From positions 5,422 to 69,421 of the forward strand of contig DATJNC010000118.1 of assembly GCA_035508395.1 (NCBI GenBank): a stretch of 64,000 nucleotides of DNA, read 5' to 3'. Below the pieces are notes generated by a model. That model worked only from the letters and a program-made list of their open reading frames with translations, was not told the DNA's origin and did no database searches. Within the stretch, counting starts at the first letter, position 1, and each line of letters opens with the position of its first letter. The stretch comes from Terriglobales bacterium. GTDB lineage: Bacteria; Acidobacteriota; Terriglobia; Terriglobales; Acidobacteriaceae. The position numbers and the translations under genes are program-made. Shown here in pieces: positions 53,985 through 64,000 of this stretch.

Positions 53985-56900
53985 TTACCAGTTCACTTTC
54001 AACGCAAATTGAAATTGCCGCGGATCGTAGGCTGCGGTCGCTTGTCCAGCGTTCGTGAATAGCGGGCTCACTGCAGACACGTTATAGACATTTGCCATGT
54101 TGAACATGTCGGCGATCAGATCCAAGCTGATACGCTCGCCAAAGTTCACGCGCCTCGCTACGCGCATGTCGTTGAAGACAGTCCATGGGGTGACTCCGGC
54201 GTTGCGGCCAAGGTTGCCATCCAGAGACAGCAAAGTTCCATCGAAATTTGCGGGGCAAGGCTCCTGGAACAATCCAGTCGGAGAAAATTTGGAGGAAACT
54301 CCTCCTCCGCAGGCAGGATTGACGAACGTGTTGGGCCGGCCTGTAAGGGAGGAAAGCTGGAAATTGTCATCGCTGCCGGTAATGATGTTGAACGGCCGGC
54401 CGGAACTGAACTCGATCAGAGGAGCAAGCGTCCAGTTGCTGAAGAATTTGCTGACAAAGCTTGTGCCTGACAATTTGCCGCTGTTGTAAACCGCATTAAA
54501 TACGAACCGATGCCGCTGGTCGAATAGCGACGTCGAGCGGTCAAGCTCAGGGTAGTAACTATCTTGCGGGGTGAGTGTTGATTGCAGATCAGTTGAATCG
54601 TCAATTGCGTGGGAATAGGTGTAGGACGCTTGTAATTCGTAGTTATGGCTGAAGCGCTTGCGCAGATTTGTCGTGAACCCGTGATAGATGGAGCTTCCGT
54701 TCGAGTAGTTCGCATCCATGTCGCCGAAAGGCACACAGCCGACGAACGTCTCGGGATTGCAGTTTTGATTGAATCCCTGGTTCGAGAGATTCGATAGGAT
54801 CTGCTGCGCTACGCCAACGCAATATTGACCGGCAGGCCCTTGTGCCAGATATGCGCCGGCAACTGACGGATTCAAGCCGCCTGGGCGGAAAAAGTTCATG
54901 ATCGCCGAATCTACCCAAAGTGGGCTTCCGGGTACGGAACAGCCGCTCATGGCGAATGGACTGGAGAAACTTGCTCCTTCATTGAGCGCGGTTATGTAAT
55001 TGGTAAGCAACAAATCTCCACGAATCGTATTCGCGTTGATCGGCCGATTCAGCTTCCGGCCTCCGTTGAAGTTGTAGGCCAGGCTCAACGAATAGCCTGC
55101 TCCCAGATCCCGCTCAACTGTGAAGTTCACCTGTTGAGAATAGGCGTAGACAAAACCCTTCCCTTGGGGATAGCCGAAAGGCTGAAATCCGAGAGGCAGA
55201 AATGTCGAAGGATTCAGGTAGTTTTGAGTGAGAAAGATTGAGCTGGATGGCGGAGTCGCCAAGCCGCAATTGGGATCTCCAGTGGCACAGGAAAACCTTT
55301 GCTGGTTGGGCGAGAAGTTCAGGAGACCGAGAACGGCCGGGTTCGTAGTCGGTGAGCAGGGAGACGCTGTCGGGCCCCCGGCTGGCGGTATCAATCCCTG
55401 GAATATCGGAATCGCATTAAGGTTTCCTGGATTGCCCGAACCCGAGCAGCCTTGCGTTCCTCCAAAGGCCAACTGACCGCTGGAGGAACCGTCGGAAGCA
55501 TCGCCGAGGAAATACAATCCCAACAAAGGATGATCAAAGAACACTCCGTAGGAAGCGCGGATCACTGTCTTCCCATCGTTCCACGGGTCGAATGCCATTC
55601 CGATGCGAGGCTGGAAGTTGTTTTTGTCGGTCTGAATTCCTTTCTCCAACCCCAACAGGTTATACGCGGGCAATGCCAGTCCCTGTGGAGGAGTAAATTT
55701 AGGCGGAATTTCGACGTCGTAGCGCAGCCCGTAGTTGAACGTTAGATTCGGTTTTACGCGCCAGCTGTCCTGCCAGAAAACTCCAATCGGAATGTTGTGA
55801 AATGAATCGCTCGGGCTGCCGAGACCCTGAATGTAATCCTGCGGAATGCCTGCCCCATAGGCCTGGACGGCGGACAGCCCGGGGAAACTGGAGGGAAGCG
55901 ACAAATCTGAGGAACTGACGCTGCCGAAGTCATAAACTCCGCCGTAGTTGACCGTAAATATGGCGTTCAGCGGCAGGTAGTTGAAGTCGCCGCCAAACTT
56001 CATGTTGTGGCGCCCGACCGTCCAGGAGAAGTTATCGGTAAATTGGTACCGCTGCTCGGTGCGTTTGATGTAGGAATACGGCTCGCGCCCGAAATAGCCG
56101 TAACCGGGGATATTCACCGCCGGGTCCGATCCTCCGGGAATCGCTGTGTTGTAGAAATACGACAAGCCGCGCCGTGCATACTGGAAGCGGAGTTCGTTCA
56201 CCTTGGTGTTGCCGATTGTCCACGTGTCTTGCACAACCCCCGCAATGTCCCGGAACGTCTGCTGCGAGGTGCGGGAATACGCGTTTTGTCCGAACGGTTG
56301 ATCCTGTCCGCTGACTTCGATTCCAGTCACGGTGCTCGGGCTGACATGGATACTCAGGGAGAGTCGATTGCTGCTGGTGAGGTTGTGATCGATGCGGAAC
56401 GAGTACAAGCTCGTCCCCTCAAAAACCGGGAAATTGCCTTCCTGAGAAACCAACGTCTGAAAGGAACTGGGAACATTCGTATTGGGGAAGATTGCCGCTG
56501 CCGGACACGAAGCCGGCGTGCAACTGGTGGGGAATCCAGCCCAACTCGAGAGCAGGCCGCCCGTAATCCCTTGCACCAGTCCGGCTGGCCAAGCACCATT
56601 AACGCCTTGTCCCGATGAGGCGCCCAGTAACGTCACATAGCTTTCGAGATTCGGAAGGCCAATGGCCCCAACTTGGGCCGGAGTCAACCCGGCCAGAAAT
56701 CCCGCCTGCTCGGGAGTGGCTTGAATGACTCCGAACGGGAGCGGGACGGCGCCACCCGCGATTGTGGAGGTGTCAAAGGGAACCAGCCCAAAATTTCCCT
56801 GCCCGATGCTCGAGAATCCGGTCTCGTGCCGACGGGTGACTTCATACGAAAAGAAGTAGTATGTCTTGTCTTTCTTGATCGGACCCCCGAACGCCGCACC

Positions 56901-57749
56901 CGCCTGAACCCGCGTATAGGCGGGATTCGATGTCGTCGAGAATGGGTTCACCGCCTGAAAATTTCGATTGCGCAGATATCCAAACACGTCGCCATGGAAG
57001 TCGTTTGATCCCGACCGGGTGATGATGTTGACGACGCCGCCAGCTGCCCGGCCATACTCTGCCGCGTAGCTGTTGCTGATGATCTGGAACTCTTGCACAT
57101 CCTCCTGGGACACCGTCGAGCGCACACCATTCACGGAATTGTCCGTCGCATCGGCGCCATCCACGTTCACCAGGTTCGACCGAGCCCGCTGCCCGCTCAT
57201 GTTCAGGCCGGATGTGGGAGCCGCGCCCGTATTCGGCGCGTTATCTCGCAGTACCTGCGAGTCAGTCAGCGTGAAATTGATGTAGTTCCGGCCATTGATG
57301 GGGAGATTATCGATTCGGCGCTCGCCAATCGTGTCGGTCGTGGAACTGCGCGAAGTTTCTACCAGCTCGGCCTGAGAACTGACCTCGACGACCTCTTTGC
57401 CCCCCGCGACGGTGAGAATGAGGGGCAATTCCACAATTCCGCCAACGGTGATGGAAACATCCGCTATCTCCGCTTTCGCGAAGCCGGCGGCCTCCACAGT
57501 GACTTGATAGGTTCCAGGAGGCAGTTGGCGCACGTTATACCCGCCCAATCCATCCCCGCTGGCCGCCCGTTCCAGGCCCTTGCCAGCATTGCTGACGGTG
57601 ACGGTAGCATTCGTGACCACGCCGCCCTTCGGATCCTTTACCGATACTCGCAGGTCGCCTGTCGCGACGCCCTGGGCAATCGCAAATTGCGGCACCATTA
57701 CCACCGCTAGAAACACCGCACAACCGAGCAGACGCAGCATGACCTTCAT
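53985..57749 (-). CDS. Oar-like TonB-dependent outer-membrane receptor with N-terminal CarboxypepD_reg domain
   Basis: Signal peptide MKVMLRLLGCAVFLAVVMVPQFAIAQG. GTYQVTVEAAGFAK (carboxypeptidase-regulatory-like fold). Plug-like IDNLPINGRNYINF. Long beta-barrel ending FALKVNW. In-frame ATG at 57749 preceded by AGGAG. Confidence 0.8.
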   Translation of the reverse strand: MKVMLRLLGCAVFLAVVMVPQFAIAQGVATGDLRVSVKDPKGGVVTNATVTVSNAGKGLERAASGDGLGGYNVRQLPPGTYQVTVEAAGFAKAEIADVSITVGGIVELPLILTVAGGKEVVEVSSQAELVETSRSSTTDTIGERRIDNLPINGRNYINFTLTDSQVLRDNAPNTGAAPTSGLNMSGQRARSNLVNVDGADATDNSVNGVRSTVSQEDVQEFQIISNSYAAEYGRAAGGVVNIITRSGSNDFHGDVFGYLRNRNFQAVNPFSTTSNPAYTRVQAGAAFGGPIKKDKTYYFFSYEVTRRHETGFSSIGQGNFGLVPFDTSTIAGGAVPLPFGVIQATPEQAGFLAGLTPAQVGAIGLPNLESYVTLLGASSGQGVNGAWPAGLVQGITGGLLSSWAGFPTSCTPASCPAAAIFPNTNVPSSFQTLVSQEGNFPVFEGTSLYSFRIDHNLTSSNRLSLSIHVSPSTVTGIEVSGQDQPFGQNAYSRTSQQTFRDIAGVVQDTWTIGNTKVNELRFQYARRGLSYFYNTAIPGGSDPAVNIPGYGYFGREPYSYIKRTEQRYQFTDNFSWTVGRHNMKFGGDFNYLPLNAIFTVNYGGVYDFGSVSSSDLSLPSSFPGLSAVQAYGAGIPQDYIQGLGSPSDSFHNIPIGVFWQDSWRVKPNLTFNYGLRYDVEIPPKFTPPQGLALPAYNLLGLEKGIQTDKNNFQPRIGMAFDPWNDGKTVIRASYGVFFDHPLLGLYFLGDASDGSSSGQLAFGGTQGCSGSGNPGNLNAIPIFQGLIPPAGGPTASPCSPTTNPAVLGLLNFSPNQQRFSCATGDPNCGLATPPSSSIFLTQNYLNPSTFLPLGFQPFGYPQGKGFVYAYSQQVNFTVERDLGAGYSLSLAYNFNGGRKLNRPINANTIRGDLLLTNYITALNEGASFSSPFAMSGCSVPGSPLWVDSAIMNFFRPGGLNPSVAGAYLAQGPAGQYCVGVAQQILSNLSNQGFNQNCNPETFVGCVPFGDMDANYSNGSSIYHGFTTNLRKRFSHNYELQASYTYSHAIDDSTDLQSTLTPQDSYYPELDRSTSLFDQRHRFVFNAVYNSGKLSGTSFVSKFFSNWTLAPLIEFSSGRPFNIITGSDDNFQLSSLTGRPNTFVNPACGGGVSSKFSPTGLFQEPCPANFDGTLLSLDGNLGRNAGVTPWTVFNDMRVARRVNFGERISLDLIADMFNMANVYNVSAVSPLFTNAGQATAAYDPRQFQFALKVNW

Positions 57750-58023
57750 AGGGCTCCTGAGACCATCCGCCTTGACGCAGACGGAAATCAAAGTGCGCGA
57801 TTTGTCACAATCGACGTGGATCGCTGGCACGAGTGTGAGGAAGTCCGCTGATTTGTAACATCAGACAAGGCTTTTTCGCAAGCAATAAGCTGGATTACCT
57901 GCAGTGGACATAACTGTGCGCTGACGGTTAGTCCCCAGAGTCATAAAGGAGACGCATTGCACTGTTTCGAATTTCAACAGTTTTGGGCAAGGCTCTCGCA
58001 AGGCTGCCGCATTCGCTGCTATT

Positions 58024-58989
58024 GTGGAGCCGATGTTTCTTTCGAATGTCCGCACGAATTCGATCGTCGAGGGGAGGCAACCTGTGTCGTCCTCGACCAT
58101 TCAGTCTATGGTTGGCGATCTTAAGCAGGTGCTTGTGTGCTCGCCTCAAGGGGCCGGCTGGGATCGCGCCGAAAAGGCGGCTGCCTGGCTGCAACTCGGA
58201 TTTCATCAGGCGCCGAATTTTCGCGTTGCGCAATCGCAGCATGAGGAGCTATGCCGCTTACTCGAAGACGCCGGTGCCGAGGTTGTTTTCCTGCCGCACA
58301 AGCCTGTGCCGATTGCGGATGCGCCCGCCGACTCCGTCACCCTCGACGCCGTGTACACGCACGATGCCTCTTTCCCCACCGACTTCGGACTCATCCTCAT
58401 GAACCCGGGCAAAGCGACTCGCGTTCCCGAAGGACAGGAGCAAGCCGCTCGTTGCGGCTCGATCGGGATAGGCGTCCTTGGAGCAATCACGGCTCCCGGC
58501 ACGAGCGAAGCCGGCGACATCGTCTGGCTCGATCGGCGCACGCTGGTAGTCGGCAATGGCTATCGCACAAATCGCGCCGGCATCGAACAACTGCGCGCGC
58601 TTGTCGCTCCGAAAGCAATCGAAGTCCTCTCCGCGCCGCTGCCCTACGGTCCCGGCCCCTCCGCCTGCCTGCACCTTATGTCGCTGATGAGCCTGCTCGA
58701 CGAACACACCATCCTTGTCGATCTCCCTTGGCTCGCCGTCGAAACGGTCGAACTCCTTCGCAGGCGCGGCTTCGATCTTCTGGAAATCGATTACTCCGAG
58801 CGCGACACGCTCGCCTGCAATGTGCTCTCGCTCGGAAGCAAACGACTGATCGCTCTCGAAGAAAACGCCAAGACCAATCGCCGACTCCGCGACGCTGGCT
58901 TCGACGTCCGCACCTTCACCGGCTCCGAACTCTGCATCAACGGCTCCGGCGGCCCGACGTGCCTGACGCGCCCGCTGTTGCGTCGGTAG
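58024..58989 (+). CDS. Amidinotransferase-fold enzyme (dimethylarginine dimethylaminohydrolase / arginine deiminase-like)
   Basis: VYTHDASF, GDIVWLD.RTLVVGNGYRTN, CLHLMSL, C-terminal GSGGPTCLTRPL (catalytic Cys context). Start GTG at 58024 or ATG at 58033. Confidence 0.7.
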   Translation: MEPMFLSNVRTNSIVEGRQPVSSSTIQSMVGDLKQVLVCSPQGAGWDRAEKAAAWLQLGFHQAPNFRVAQSQHEELCRLLEDAGAEVVFLPHKPVPIADAPADSVTLDAVYTHDASFPTDFGLILMNPGKATRVPEGQEQAARCGSIGIGVLGAITAPGTSEAGDIVWLDRRTLVVGNGYRTNRAGIEQLRALVAPKAIEVLSAPLPYGPGPSACLHLMSLMSLLDEHTILVDLPWLAVETVELLRRRGFDLLEIDYSERDTLACNVLSLGSKRLIALEENAKTNRRLRDAGFDVRTFTGSELCINGSGGPTCLTRPLLRR

Positions 58990-59093
58990 CATTGAAGACT
59001 CGCCTGCCCTCCATGGTTTTCACTTCTTCGTTCTGAATTCTTACTCTGACTTCCCACCTCATCGCCGTTCCCTTGGTAAAATTATCAGCAGTC

Positions 59094-62000
59094 ATGCTTC
59101 TTCCGTTCGTCCGCGAAATTTTCGCGGAGGTGGAACAACTCCCAGCCTTCCGGCGTGCAACCTCCCATCTGCGCGAGAGCACGGGGCGGATTAGTGTCTC
59201 TGGCCTATCCTCTTCCGCGAAGGCTCTCATCACCGTTTTGCTTCAACGCTACGCCGAGCGGCCGTTTATTTGGGTAGTCGCCGATAACCGCGCGGCCGAA
59301 GACCTGTTGCCGGTGCTCGCCGCGTTCGCCGAACTGACAGGCTCCGCTGATCCCGACACGGTCGTCTCCTTGCCCGCGCGAGACGTGCTCGCCTTCCAGA
59401 ATCTTTCGCCGCACCCCGAAATTCAGGAAGAGCGCGCGACCGCACTTTGGAAAATTGCCACCGGCCGCGCCGCCATCGTCGTCTCGCCTGTGAGCGCGAC
59501 CACGATTCTTCTTCGCGCGCCCGAGTACTACGCCGATCTCGCCCGCATCCTGCGCCGCGGAGAGACCTTCGACCTCGACCGGCTCCTCGAACACCTCAAC
59601 ACCGTCGGCTACACATCAAGCGACGTCGTCGAAATGCCCGGCCAGTATGCCGCCCGCGGCGGCATCCTCGATGTCTATTCGCCCGAGGCCGATCGTCCCG
59701 TGCGCGTCGAGTTTTTCGGCGATGAGATCGAGTCGATGCGCAAGTTCGATCCCGCAAGCCAGCGCTCGTCGAATCCTGTCGATGAAGTCGTGCTCCTTCC
59801 GCTCACCGAGACCCCGGTCAACGAAGAACTCCTCGGAGCCATCAACGCTCGCCTTTCCGGTAAACGCATTTCGGGAACCGCCGAAGCCGTCGAGCAGGCC
59901 GCCCGCGATTCCGGTGCCGGCGTCTTTCCCGGCTGGGAGTTCTACGCTCCCGTCGCCGGCTCCGACCGCACGATTTTTTCCATGATCCCCGAAGCGCGCG
60001 TCATCCTCGACGAGCCCGAACTCCTCGGCCAGGAACTTGACAAAGTCTGGAGCCGTATCGAAGAAGCGCACGAGCGCAGCGGAGTCGGCAATCTAGTGTG
60101 TCCCACCGACCTTTATCTTTCGCCCGACTCCTGGCGCGAGATGACCAGCAAACTTCCCGGCTTCGATCTCGAATATCTGGCGATCACGCGGCCCAGCGAG
60201 AATGGAGAGGCGAGCATCTCGGATTCAACCGATGATGCCGCAACCGGCGCCATCGGCGGTCGCGACGGAAACGCAGCCGAACCAGTCGCCGAAAACGCCG
60301 ACTCCGTTTCCTTCCTCTCCCAACCCGCGCCCCGCTTCCACGGCAATGTCCCCTCTATGATCGAAGATGTTCAAAAGCTCACCACCTCTGGCAATCGCGT
60401 CATCCTCGCCGCGCCCAACACCGGAGAGGTCGAGCGCCTCGCCGACATTTTCACCGAATACAATGCCAGCTTCCGCCTGGGCAGCCGCACTCGTGGAGGC
60501 GAAAGCTACGCCGACGAAACCGCCTATTTCGCGGGCGAGGTCTTCACCACCACTTTGCTCAAAGCCTACGTCCCCGATGGTTTCATCCTGCCCGAAGCGC
60601 ACGTCGCCGTCTTTGGAGCACGCGATCTCTTCGACGAATCAGACCTTGTTGCCTCGCGCCCCGGCCGCCAAAAATCCAAAGTCTCCGCCTTTCTTTCCGA
60701 TTTTCGCGATCTTCAGGTCGGCGACTACGTCGTTCACGTCGAGCACGGCATCGGTCAATATCAGGGCCTCAAAGAAATCAACCAAGGTGATGGTACCGCC
60801 GAGTTCATGCTGCTCGAATATGCCGAAGGCGCGCGCCTCTATGTCCCGCTCACGCGCCTCGATCTTGTCCAGAAATACCGCTCGCAAGAAGGCGCTAAGC
60901 CCGCGCTGAATCATCTCGGCACGCAAGCCTGGGCCAAAACAAAGGCCCGCGTGCGCAGGGCCATGAAAGACATGACCGACGAGCTGATCAAGCTCTACGC
61001 GCAGCGTCAGTCCGCGCAGGGCCATGCTTTCCCTGCCGACACCGAGTGGATGAAGGAATTCGAAGACGCCTTCGAATACAGCGAGACCGAAGACCAGGCG
61101 CAGGCCATCGCCGACGTCAAGCGCGACATGCAATCTTCCCTTCCAATGGATCGCCTGCTATGCGGCGACGTCGGCTACGGCAAAACCGAAGTCGCCATGC
61201 GCGCCGCTTTCAAAGCGCTCAGCGATAACAAGCAGGTCGCCGTCCTCGCGCCGACCACCGTTCTTGCCTTCCAGCACTACGAAACTTTCAAGCAGCGTTT
61301 CGCCGCCTTCCCGGTAAAGGTTGAAATGATCAGCCGCTTCCGCACTCCCAGGCAGATCAAAGAAATTCTCGAGCGCACCGCCGTCGGTAAGGTCGACGTC
61401 CTGATCGGCACGCACCGCCTGCTTTCAAAGGATGTCAAGTTTTCCGATCTCGGCCTTCTCGTCGTCGATGAAGAGCAGCGCTTCGGAGTTCGGCACAAAG
61501 AACGCATCAAACAGATCCGTACCCAGGTCGACGTGCTCACTATGTCGGCCACGCCCATTCCGCGCACGCTGCACATGTCTCTCGTCGGCCTGCGCGATAT
61601 GAGCGTCATCGAGACTCCGCCCAAAGACCGCATGGCGATTCAGACCGTCGTCGCCAACTGGGATGAAAAACTGATCCAATCTGCCATCGAGCAGGAACTC
61701 GACCGCGGCGGCCAGGTCTACTTCGTTCACAATCGCGTCGAAACCATCTGGGAGATTGCCGCCAAGCTGCAGACGCTGGCGCCGAAGGCTCGCATCATCG
61801 TCGGTCACGGACAAATGGGCGAAGGCGAACTCGAAAAAGTGATGCTCAAGTTCATGCATCACGAAGCCGATATTCTGGTCTCCACTACCATCATCGAAAA
61901 CGGGCTCGACATTCCGCTCTGCAACACCATCATCATCAATCGCGCCGATCGCTTCGGCCTCTCCGAGCTCTACCAGCTGCGCGGCCGCGTCGGCCGCTCC

Positions 62001-62723
62001 AATCGCCGCGCCTACTCCTATCTGCTATTACCCAGCGAAATCGAACTCACGCCGATCGCGCGCCGGCGTCTCGCCGCCCTGAAAGAATTCTCCGATCTCG
62101 GTGCTGGCTTCAAAATCGCCGCGCTCGATCTCGAACTCCGCGGCGCCGGCAACCTGCTAGGCGGAGAGCAATCCGGCCACATCGAAGCCGTCGGCTTCGA
62201 GCTCTACACGCAGATGCTCGAACGCGCCGTGCGCGAAATGAAGGGCGAAGCCGGAGTCGAAGCCACCGAAATCCAGCTCAATCTCGGCCTCAACATCCGC
62301 ATCCCCGCCGAATATATAAAGGAAGAGAACCAGCGCCTGCGCATGTACAAGCGCGTCGCAGGGGTCGAAACGGAATCGCAACTGCACGACGTCCATTCCG
62401 AACTGATCGATCGCTACGGCGAACCGCCCTCAGGCGTTCGCAACCTGCTTGCCTATGCCGCGCTAAAGCTGCAAGCCATGCGCGTCGGAGCCACCACGAT
62501 TGAGCGCAAGCGCGAAATCGTCAACATCAAATTCAATCAGACCGCGGCTATCGATCCCGGCAAGCTCGCGCGCTTCGTCGCCACTCAGCCGAAAGCGCAA
62601 TTCACTCCCGACGGGACGCTGAAATTCACCATCAAGATCGCCAGCGCCGAAGCCATCCTCGAAACTCTGCGAGACCTACTCGAAGAACTAGAAGCTCAGG
62701 AAGCGCCGGCTCCAGCCTCGTAG
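59094..62723 (+). CDS. mfd: Transcription-repair coupling factor
   Basis: UvrB-homology N-terminus; RNAP-interaction domain ([17 protein letters not shown]); helicase motifs [42 protein letters not shown]. Start ATG at 59094 (the track start at 59073 is a TTG). Confidence 0.9.
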   Translation: MLLPFVREIFAEVEQLPAFRRATSHLRESTGRISVSGLSSSAKALITVLLQRYAERPFIWVVADNRAAEDLLPVLAAFAELTGSADPDTVVSLPARDVLAFQNLSPHPEIQEERATALWKIATGRAAIVVSPVSATTILLRAPEYYADLARILRRGETFDLDRLLEHLNTVGYTSSDVVEMPGQYAARGGILDVYSPEADRPVRVEFFGDEIESMRKFDPASQRSSNPVDEVVLLPLTETPVNEELLGAINARLSGKRISGTAEAVEQAARDSGAGVFPGWEFYAPVAGSDRTIFSMIPEARVILDEPELLGQELDKVWSRIEEAHERSGVGNLVCPTDLYLSPDSWREMTSKLPGFDLEYLAITRPSENGEASISDSTDDAATGAIGGRDGNAAEPVAENADSVSFLSQPAPRFHGNVPSMIEDVQKLTTSGNRVILAAPNTGEVERLADIFTEYNASFRLGSRTRGGESYADETAYFAGEVFTTTLLKAYVPDGFILPEAHVAVFGARDLFDESDLVASRPGRQKSKVSAFLSDFRDLQVGDYVVHVEHGIGQYQGLKEINQGDGTAEFMLLEYAEGARLYVPLTRLDLVQKYRSQEGAKPALNHLGTQAWAKTKARVRRAMKDMTDELIKLYAQRQSAQGHAFPADTEWMKEFEDAFEYSETEDQAQAIADVKRDMQSSLPMDRLLCGDVGYGKTEVAMRAAFKALSDNKQVAVLAPTTVLAFQHYETFKQRFAAFPVKVEMISRFRTPRQIKEILERTAVGKVDVLIGTHRLLSKDVKFSDLGLLVVDEEQRFGVRHKERIKQIRTQVDVLTMSATPIPRTLHMSLVGLRDMSVIETPPKDRMAIQTVVANWDEKLIQSAIEQELDRGGQVYFVHNRVETIWEIAAKLQTLAPKARIIVGHGQMGEGELEKVMLKFMHHEADILVSTTIIENGLDIPLCNTIIINRADRFGLSELYQLRGRVGRSNRRAYSYLLLPSEIELTPIARRRLAALKEFSDLGAGFKIAALDLELRGAGNLLGGEQSGHIEAVGFELYTQMLERAVREMKGEAGVEATEIQLNLGLNIRIPAEYIKEENQRLRMYKRVAGVETESQLHDVHSELIDRYGEPPSGVRNLLAYAALKLQAMRVGATTIERKREIVNIKFNQTAAIDPGKLARFVATQPKAQFTPDGTLKFTIKIASAEAILETLRDLLEELEAQEAPAPAS

Positions 62724-62796
62724 GGACGACAGGTGTCTACTGCCGGTTCGATCAGTCGCGATCTCAGATACAATGCTTCGGCACAGGGCACTCGCT

Positions 62797-63165
62797 ATGA
62801 GCCACGAAGCCGATAGTCAATCTGGGACCCCACTCAGCGGGACAAATCATGCGGCCATCGCCTCCAGCAAGTCATTCCGCGACCTGCTGGCTATCAAGAA
62901 GACCTTCATCATCCCCGCGTTCCTCATTTTCCTCGTACATTATTTCGCGCTCGCCCTTTTGATCGGCTACGCCCCCAAGCTTGCATCAACCCGCGTCATC
63001 GGCACCGTCACCGTCGCCTACCTCTTCGCGCTTTCACAATTCCTCGTCGGCTGGATCATCGCTGCCCTCTACATCCTCGCCGCCTCAAGATTCGACACGC
63101 TCGCCGCCGACATTCTCGCCCCAACCGGCGTTCCCCAACACAATGCTCCGCGAGGAGCCGACTGA
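62797..63165 (+). CDS. DUF485 (YjcH-like) inner-membrane protein
   Basis: Two TM segments and FRDLLAIKKTFIIPAFLIFLVHYF. Directly precedes an actP-like symporter, with its stop adjacent to the GTG. Start ATG at 62797 or the track start at 62773. Confidence 0.7.
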   Translation: MSHEADSQSGTPLSGTNHAAIASSKSFRDLLAIKKTFIIPAFLIFLVHYFALALLIGYAPKLASTRVIGTVTVAYLFALSQFLVGWIIAALYILAASRFDTLAADILAPTGVPQHNAPRGAD

Positions 63166-64000
63166 GTGTCGATCTCCCTCGCCGTCTTTCTCGCCTTCGT
63201 GGCTGGCACGCTCGGCATCACTTACTGGGCTGCTCACCGCTCCAGCGGCGCGAGCGCCTACTTCGCCGCCGGCCGCAAAATCACCGCCTGGCAAAATGGA
63301 TTCGCCGTCGCCGGCGACTTCATGAGCGCTGCGTCCTTCCTCGGCCTCATCGGCCTGATCGCTCTGCAAGGCATGGATGGCGTCCTCTACTCCGTCGGCG
63401 GTTTCGTCGCCTTCGTCACCATTCTTCTTCTCATGGCCGAGCCTCTGCGCAACCTGGGCAAATACACCATGGGGGACGTTCTTGCCTATCGCTTCAACCC
63501 GCGTCCCGTCCGTGCTCTCGCTGCCTTCAGCACCATGGTCACCGCCACGTTCTACATGATTGCGCAAATGGTCGGCGCCGGCGCCCTCGTCAATCTCCTG
63601 CTCGCGAATTCCGGCATTACTTACAACATGGCCGTCGTCGGCGTCGGAACATTGATGTTGGTCTATGTTGTTTTCGGAGGCATGCTGGCCACCACCTGGG
63701 TACAAATCATCAAGGCCATGCTACTCTCACTCTGCGGAGTTGCTCTCACCCTCCTTGTCCTCCACCGTTTTCATTTTCATCTGCTTGAGATCTTCGCCGC
63801 CGCCAGCCACATTACCTATCACCAAAATGGACACCTCGTGGTCCGCGATTTCCTTCAGCCCGGCCTTCACTATCACCCGCCCCGCGGCCCCGTCGACCTT
63901 ATTTCTCTCAGCATCATGTATGTCTTCGGCACCGCCGGCCTGCCTCACGTGCTGGTCAAGTTCTACACTGTTCCCGATGCCAAAACGGCCCGCCACAGCG
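63166..64000 (+). CDS. actP: Cation/acetate symporter (sodium:solute symporter family), partial; C-terminus beyond the window edge
   Basis: The frame is open to the window end, so it is absent from the ORF track. My translation from the GTG at 63166 gives VSISLAVFLAFVAGTLGITYWAAHRSSGASAYFAAGRKITAWQNGFAVAGDFMSAASFLG...GLPHVLVKFYTVPDAKTAR. Confidence 0.8.
   Translation, partial: MSISLAVFLAFVAGTLGITYWAAHRSSGASAYFAAGRKITAWQNGFAVAGDFMSAASFLGLIGLIALQGMDGVLYSVGGFVAFVTILLLMAEPLRNLGKYTMGDVLAYRFNPRPVRALAAFSTMVTATFYMIAQMVGAGALVNLLLANSGITYNMAVVGVGTLMLVYVVFGGMLATTWVQIIKAMLLSLCGVALTLLVLHRFHFHLLEIFAAASHITYHQNGHLVVRDFLQPGLHYHPPRGPVDLISLSIMYVFGTAGLPHVLVKFYTVPDAKTARHS

Noticed and set aside
1-64000. Search for mobile elements, CRISPR arrays, tRNA/rRNA genes and phage or defence islands.
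   Set aside because: - I found no transposase, integrase or recombinase-like ORFs.
- I found no arrays of regularly spaced repeats.
- I found no cloverleaf-like tRNA candidates in the larger intergenic gaps I read (5.3-5.7, 8.5-8.9, 9.7-10.1, 36.4-36.9, 46.6-46.8 and 52.3-52.6 kb).
- A tRNA or sRNA scan by software would still be needed to be certain.

Overview
This is a GC-rich chromosomal segment with about 58 protein-coding genes. I recognised no rRNA, tRNA, CRISPR array, transposase or integrase. Two gene types suggest an Acidobacteriota-like diderm (inference only): an Oar-type CarboxypepD_reg/TonB-dependent receptor and a Ser/Thr kinase with a TolB-like propeller.

Layout, left to right:
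- Housekeeping genes: Ser/Thr kinase (truncated at the edge), gdhA, pgsA, AMMECR1, and a fused aroD-aroE.
- An orphan GvpF/L-family gene.
- A signal-peptide-bearing TldD/PmbA pair.
- dksA-like gene plus a complete pqqABCDE operon. pqqA is 25 codons and falls below the ORF-track length cut-off.
- A class-V aminotransferase, a GH5 glycosidase, and a PilZ + long coiled-coil protein.
- yceD-rpmF-plsX-fabD.
- A ~16-kb late-flagellar/motility locus (27.0-43.0 kb): cheY-cheX, flgFGAHI plus a rod-binding FlgJ, flgM-(orf)-flgN-flgK-flgL, fliC-flaG-fliD-fliS-(orf) on the minus strand, and flbD-motA-motB. I found four matches to a sigma-28 type promoter (TAAAG-N14-GCCGAT) in it.
- A large membrane GAF-GGDEF-HD-GYP protein.
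- gltX, a Zn-ribbon-rhomboid-TPR protein, glnS, cytochrome c, hemA, an Oar-like receptor, a DDAH-like amidinotransferase, mfd, and yjcH-like/actP (truncated at the edge).

I do not see a convincing wholly novel multi-gene system. The least explained items are:
- A 465-bp AT-rich, ORF-free island with repeated AAAGGACTTAC motifs between flgL and the fliS operon.
- A fourfold TTGGYCTG repeat array in front of flgN.
- An ORF-free leader or sRNA-like region ending in a strong terminator just upstream of the tldD-like gene.
- The orphan gvpF/L gene and the PilZ/coiled-coil protein.
- Two uncharacterised ORFs embedded in the flagellar locus.

All calls rest on reading the translated ORFs and the DNA by eye; no database search was possible.
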